IMG/VR virus record: IMGVR_UViG_3300028837_002886
Coordinates: 66,932-130,931 of that record
DNA length: 64,000 nucleotides
Direction: 5' to 3' (one strand)
Source of the DNA: a virus
The stretch's first letter is position 1. The number at the start of each line of letters is the position of its first letter. A model generated the notes under the pieces. That model made no database searches. It had not been told where the DNA came from and was given only the letters and a program-made list of their open reading frames with translations. Below, one piece after another: positions 61,102-64,000 of the stretch. The translations under genes and the position numbers were made by a program.

Positions 61102-61725
61102 ATGACTAGAGAAGAGTTTCTGTCCATCGAACATCCATCTATAGAAGAGTACCGCTATTCAGACGTTGTGGTGTACTTTTTGTGGAATAAACCAAGCAAA
61201 AGTAGTATCACCTTGAAAGGCTCAGTATGGATCTACACGGATGGCAACAAAAGCATTGCACTAAAGAACGAAGTATTAAAGGAGCTTAAAGATCTTGAAG
61301 CCGCGGCTTTTTCTATAAGAAAAAAGAATTTAATATTGTTAAACCCCGGTAAAAAATATGTTATAGGTCGACTTTTCGGTGAAAAGGTGCGACAGGAATA
61401 AAATATGAAATCAGCTGACACCATAAGCGATGTCGCAGTCCCGTTTCTTGTTAAAAGCAAAAGCGGTCAAGGCTCTACAAAAAGCTGGGAATACATATAC
61501 GTAACAGAGGTCTACGATCGATTAGCCAAGAAAGAAAGTAAAGTCGGGGCTGTTGTGAGACTAATGCGGTTCGGTAGTAACGTTGGCGTATTAATAGAAA
61601 AGGGTAAAGAAGCTCAATACATGTGGTCACATATATTTTCACCGAGGGCGCAACAGGTTGAGATGAAACGAGGTAAAAAAGATCTACTTGTTGACCTTTT
61701 CACTTTTCCTGACAGAATGATTTAA
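61102..61725 (+). CDS. Two small proteins ending in motif B (61102..61401, 61405..61725)
   Basis: KKYVIGRLFGE, KKDLLVDLFTF; AAAGATAA at 61087. Confidence 0.65.
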
Positions 61726-62154
61726 ATTTTTTCTTAACTCCTTCTTCATGCCCAACTGGATTTCCTTGTTGGTCTCGTGTTCAATTACTTCATAATTATG
61801 ATCAAAAAACTTGATGTTTTTTACCCAATCATTACGGCTGTCATCTGAGCTTATCATTTTTGCTATATCGGAGCGCTTCTTTTCCTTGCGCATGTTGTCC
61901 ATTACATCGCGACGAATGACTTGATAGAAATAAGAAAACGCATACTTGTTTTTGGTGGGATCATACTTGTCCAGCTTTTTCCAGGAAAGTATAACAGCGC
62001 TCTGAATATAGTCATCGCGCTTGGAGTAGGCGATGTCAAAGTGGTGAGTTATCTGGCTGCCCATTTCATAAAAGTTGCTGAGCAGTTGCTGCATCTTCTC
62101 CGGATCCCTTCGGTCATTATAAAGCTTTTCCATTTCCTTCTTGTCAATGTTCAT
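61684..62154 (-). CDS. gp55-like (late) RNA polymerase sigma factor
   Basis: Region-2-like DDYIQSAV...KYDPTKNKYAFSYFYQVI; short, no region 4; next to primase. Confidence 0.7.
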   Translation of the reverse strand: MNIDKKEMEKLYNDRRDPEKMQQLLSNFYEMGSQITHHFDIAYSKRDDYIQSAVILSWKKLDKYDPTKNKYAFSYFYQVIRRDVMDNMRKEKKRSDIAKMISSDDSRNDWVKNIKFFDHNYEVIEHETNKEIQLGMKKELRKNLNHSVRKSEKVNK

Positions 62155-62162
62155 GTTTTCTC

Positions 62163-62799
62163 CTAGTCTTTTAATAAAAACTTAGCTTTTTCTTTCTTAG
62201 TTGTAGCCACTTCCCAAAATTTCGCCTCGCACATGTAACTTAGCTGTATTGGAACCGCTCGTGTTCTAGAGCCACTGCCATCAGTTGCCTCTAGAATCAT
62301 CGAGTCCTTGCCTTTTTCCAAGACCTTGTACAGACCTGAGTGCGTTCGAATCAGGTCGCCTTCTTTCATGTTTTTGTACGGCGACAATTTTCTCATTATG
62401 CGATTTGCCGCCTTTTGGGCCTTTGAAGGATTCAACTATTATATCCGCCTTGTCTTTAAAATATGCTTCGAAAGGTCGCCAAGTGTCTAGGCTCTCTTTT
62501 CTTTTTTTCTTTTTCGACAAAAACTATACCCTCCCTAACAATAGCATCTTGGCCGCCATTGCTTTTCCTTTTTTGCATTCTACAATAATAACTTCGCGCC
62601 TCTCAACCGCCGCGGCGAGCCACTCGACCCCACAAGAGGTAGTGTAACCAGAAGGAAGGCCCTTAGTTTTTACAAGATCTATTATTTTTATCGACTCGCC
62701 GTCGTTATACCGGTAATCTCCCTCACGGAACCCTGTTACCACATAGTAATCTTTTTGCTCTTTTAAATAAAAAACATCGTACCTTTCGGGTTCATACAT
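62163..62799 (-). CDS. Two small proteins ending in motif A (62163..62435, 62524..62799)
   Basis: KAKFLLKD, AAKMLLLG. Confidence 0.6.
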
Positions 62800-63865
62800 G
62801 CTTCAATCTCTCTTTCAATACATTATAACTCGGACCGCTACTCATTGTAAAGCCTTTTTTTTCAGCGGAATCCAGTATTCTTCCGCGTAGCATTTCTGTT
62901 TTGTGATCTGTTTTGACTTTATGATGTTCTACTTCTTTTAATCCTGCCTCATTGGCGTCTTTATATCTGCTGTCCAGCTCGTAATAACCGACTTCTATTT
63001 CAGGCGCGATCTCTTTCATTATTTTGATGTTTTTGATTAAAGTACTGCGGCCAGCCTCATCATTGTCAGGAACAAAAATTATTTTTTTAGGATTCTTCTC
63101 GGCTATTTTCTTTGCCTGAGGTTTTGATATGGTATTGCCCAATATCGCCACACCGTTTTTAACGGTCATCGCGTCAAATGGCCCTTCGACTACCACCACC
63201 GTACCACCTTCCAGAATACTATCGTAGTTATATACTATCTGGCTTTTCTGTATGCCCTTTGGATTCAAGTATTTCCGATATTTGCGTTTTCTTTTATGAA
63301 CCTTGAAAAACAAATCTTCACCCAACAGGTCGCGGGCCTGGAAGAACACAAGCTCGTGATTCATGTAAAATGGAATGTATAACCTGGCCTTGTAATAGTT
63401 ACTAGGAAAGTACTTCAACCCGAACCTCTTGACTGTTTGTGGTGATATGTTTTTATTGAACAAGAATTTTATGGCCAGCTTTCCTAACTCGGTTTTATTC
63501 GTAATGGTCATCAACCCAGGCGGCTCATTCATCTTTGCCAGTTTTATGACTTTGATTGGTGTTTTATATGGCTTGATTATATCCTTGAATGACAGATAAC
63601 TAAGGTATGTTTTAACTATGTATTCTTGGGCTTGTTTTGTTGACATGTCCAGCAAGTCGCTTACAAAGCCCAAAAAGGTATTTGAGTAGCCGGTGTTGAA
63701 ATCATGTACCACATTCATTGGCACATTTATTGACATTCTAAATCTCGTGTCTGGCTCAAACGGCCCATTGAAACATATTTCCGTGCCTCTGGGCCCTTCT
63801 TTTACTTTGTATTTCTCGAACTGATCATACGCAAATGCTTCCATTACGTTTTGAGGAAAGGTCAA
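62792..63865 (-). CDS. DNA primase (DnaG/gp61-like, TOPRIM)
   Basis: RLYIPF, FQAR, KYLNP, VEGPFDA, PDNDEAG, KDANE. Confidence 0.9.
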   Translation of the reverse strand: MTFPQNVMEAFAYDQFEKYKVKEGPRGTEICFNGPFEPDTRFRMSINVPMNVVHDFNTGYSNTFLGFVSDLLDMSTKQAQEYIVKTYLSYLSFKDIIKPYKTPIKVIKLAKMNEPPGLMTITNKTELGKLAIKFLFNKNISPQTVKRFGLKYFPSNYYKARLYIPFYMNHELVFFQARDLLGEDLFFKVHKRKRKYRKYLNPKGIQKSQIVYNYDSILEGGTVVVVEGPFDAMTVKNGVAILGNTISKPQAKKIAEKNPKKIIFVPDNDEAGRSTLIKNIKIMKEIAPEIEVGYYELDSRYKDANEAGLKEVEHHKVKTDHKTEMLRGRILDSAEKKGFTMSSGPSYNVLKERLKHV

Positions 63866-64000
63866 ACTTTACTCCACTTCTGTGCGTCGCAGGGCCAAAT
63901 AGTTTGGTTTAATTAACTCAGTAGGGCCGTACCTGGACAGCTTTTCTTGTAGCCATTCTTTTTCAACATCCAGCTTGTTGTTCAGCTTAAACACAAGATG

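Noticed and set aside
590-62647. Many plus-strand ORFs in the track (for example 590..1075, 14188..14715, 19802..20416, 49233..49757, 54658..55257)
   Set aside because: They are antisense shadows of well-supported minus-strand genes, with no SD or recognisable motifs.
1-64000. Stop-codon reassignment, as in some large phages
   Set aside because: Conserved genes are full length in code 11, and TAA, TAG and TGA all end genes with tight coupling to the next start.
1-64000. tRNA genes, rRNA or CRISPR arrays
   Set aside because: No cloverleaf or regularly spaced repeats were seen by eye; TTCGA-like hits fall inside ORFs, and the apparent gaps (33370-33525, 36955-37137, 57400-57556) hold short ORFs. 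A dedicated scan was not run.

Overview
The window looks like part of a large (jumbo-type) dsDNA bacteriophage with T4-like replication and transcription genes, read in the standard genetic code. It is densely coded, almost entirely on the minus strand, with three short plus-strand islands. Recognisable genes: primase, gp55-like sigma factor, a DnaE polymerase split into two distant genes without an intein, dCMP deaminase, gp32-like SSB, UvsW-like helicase, eukaryote-type topoisomerase IB, dUTPase, tubulin/PhuZ-like GTPase, Hsp20, lytic transglycosylase, a LamG virion protein, a split and permuted metallopeptidase/AAA/vWA module, several nucleotidyltransferases and a hybrid histidine kinase. 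There are also degenerate host-like enzymes (PurH, saccharopine dehydrogenase, radical SAM) and an unannotated bS22-like ribosomal protein with an ATT start. The most striking unexplained structure is that dozens of unrelated small proteins share one of three short terminal motifs: A-K-x-L-L; K-x-x-h-h-x-x-h-F; or an N-terminal L-x-E leader. These motifs segregate with three upstream DNA motifs (sigma70-like, CATATATA, AAGATAA), which suggests a protein address or tagging system tied to the transcription programme. No tRNA, rRNA or CRISPR array was seen. All calls come from reading motifs by eye; no database searches were run.
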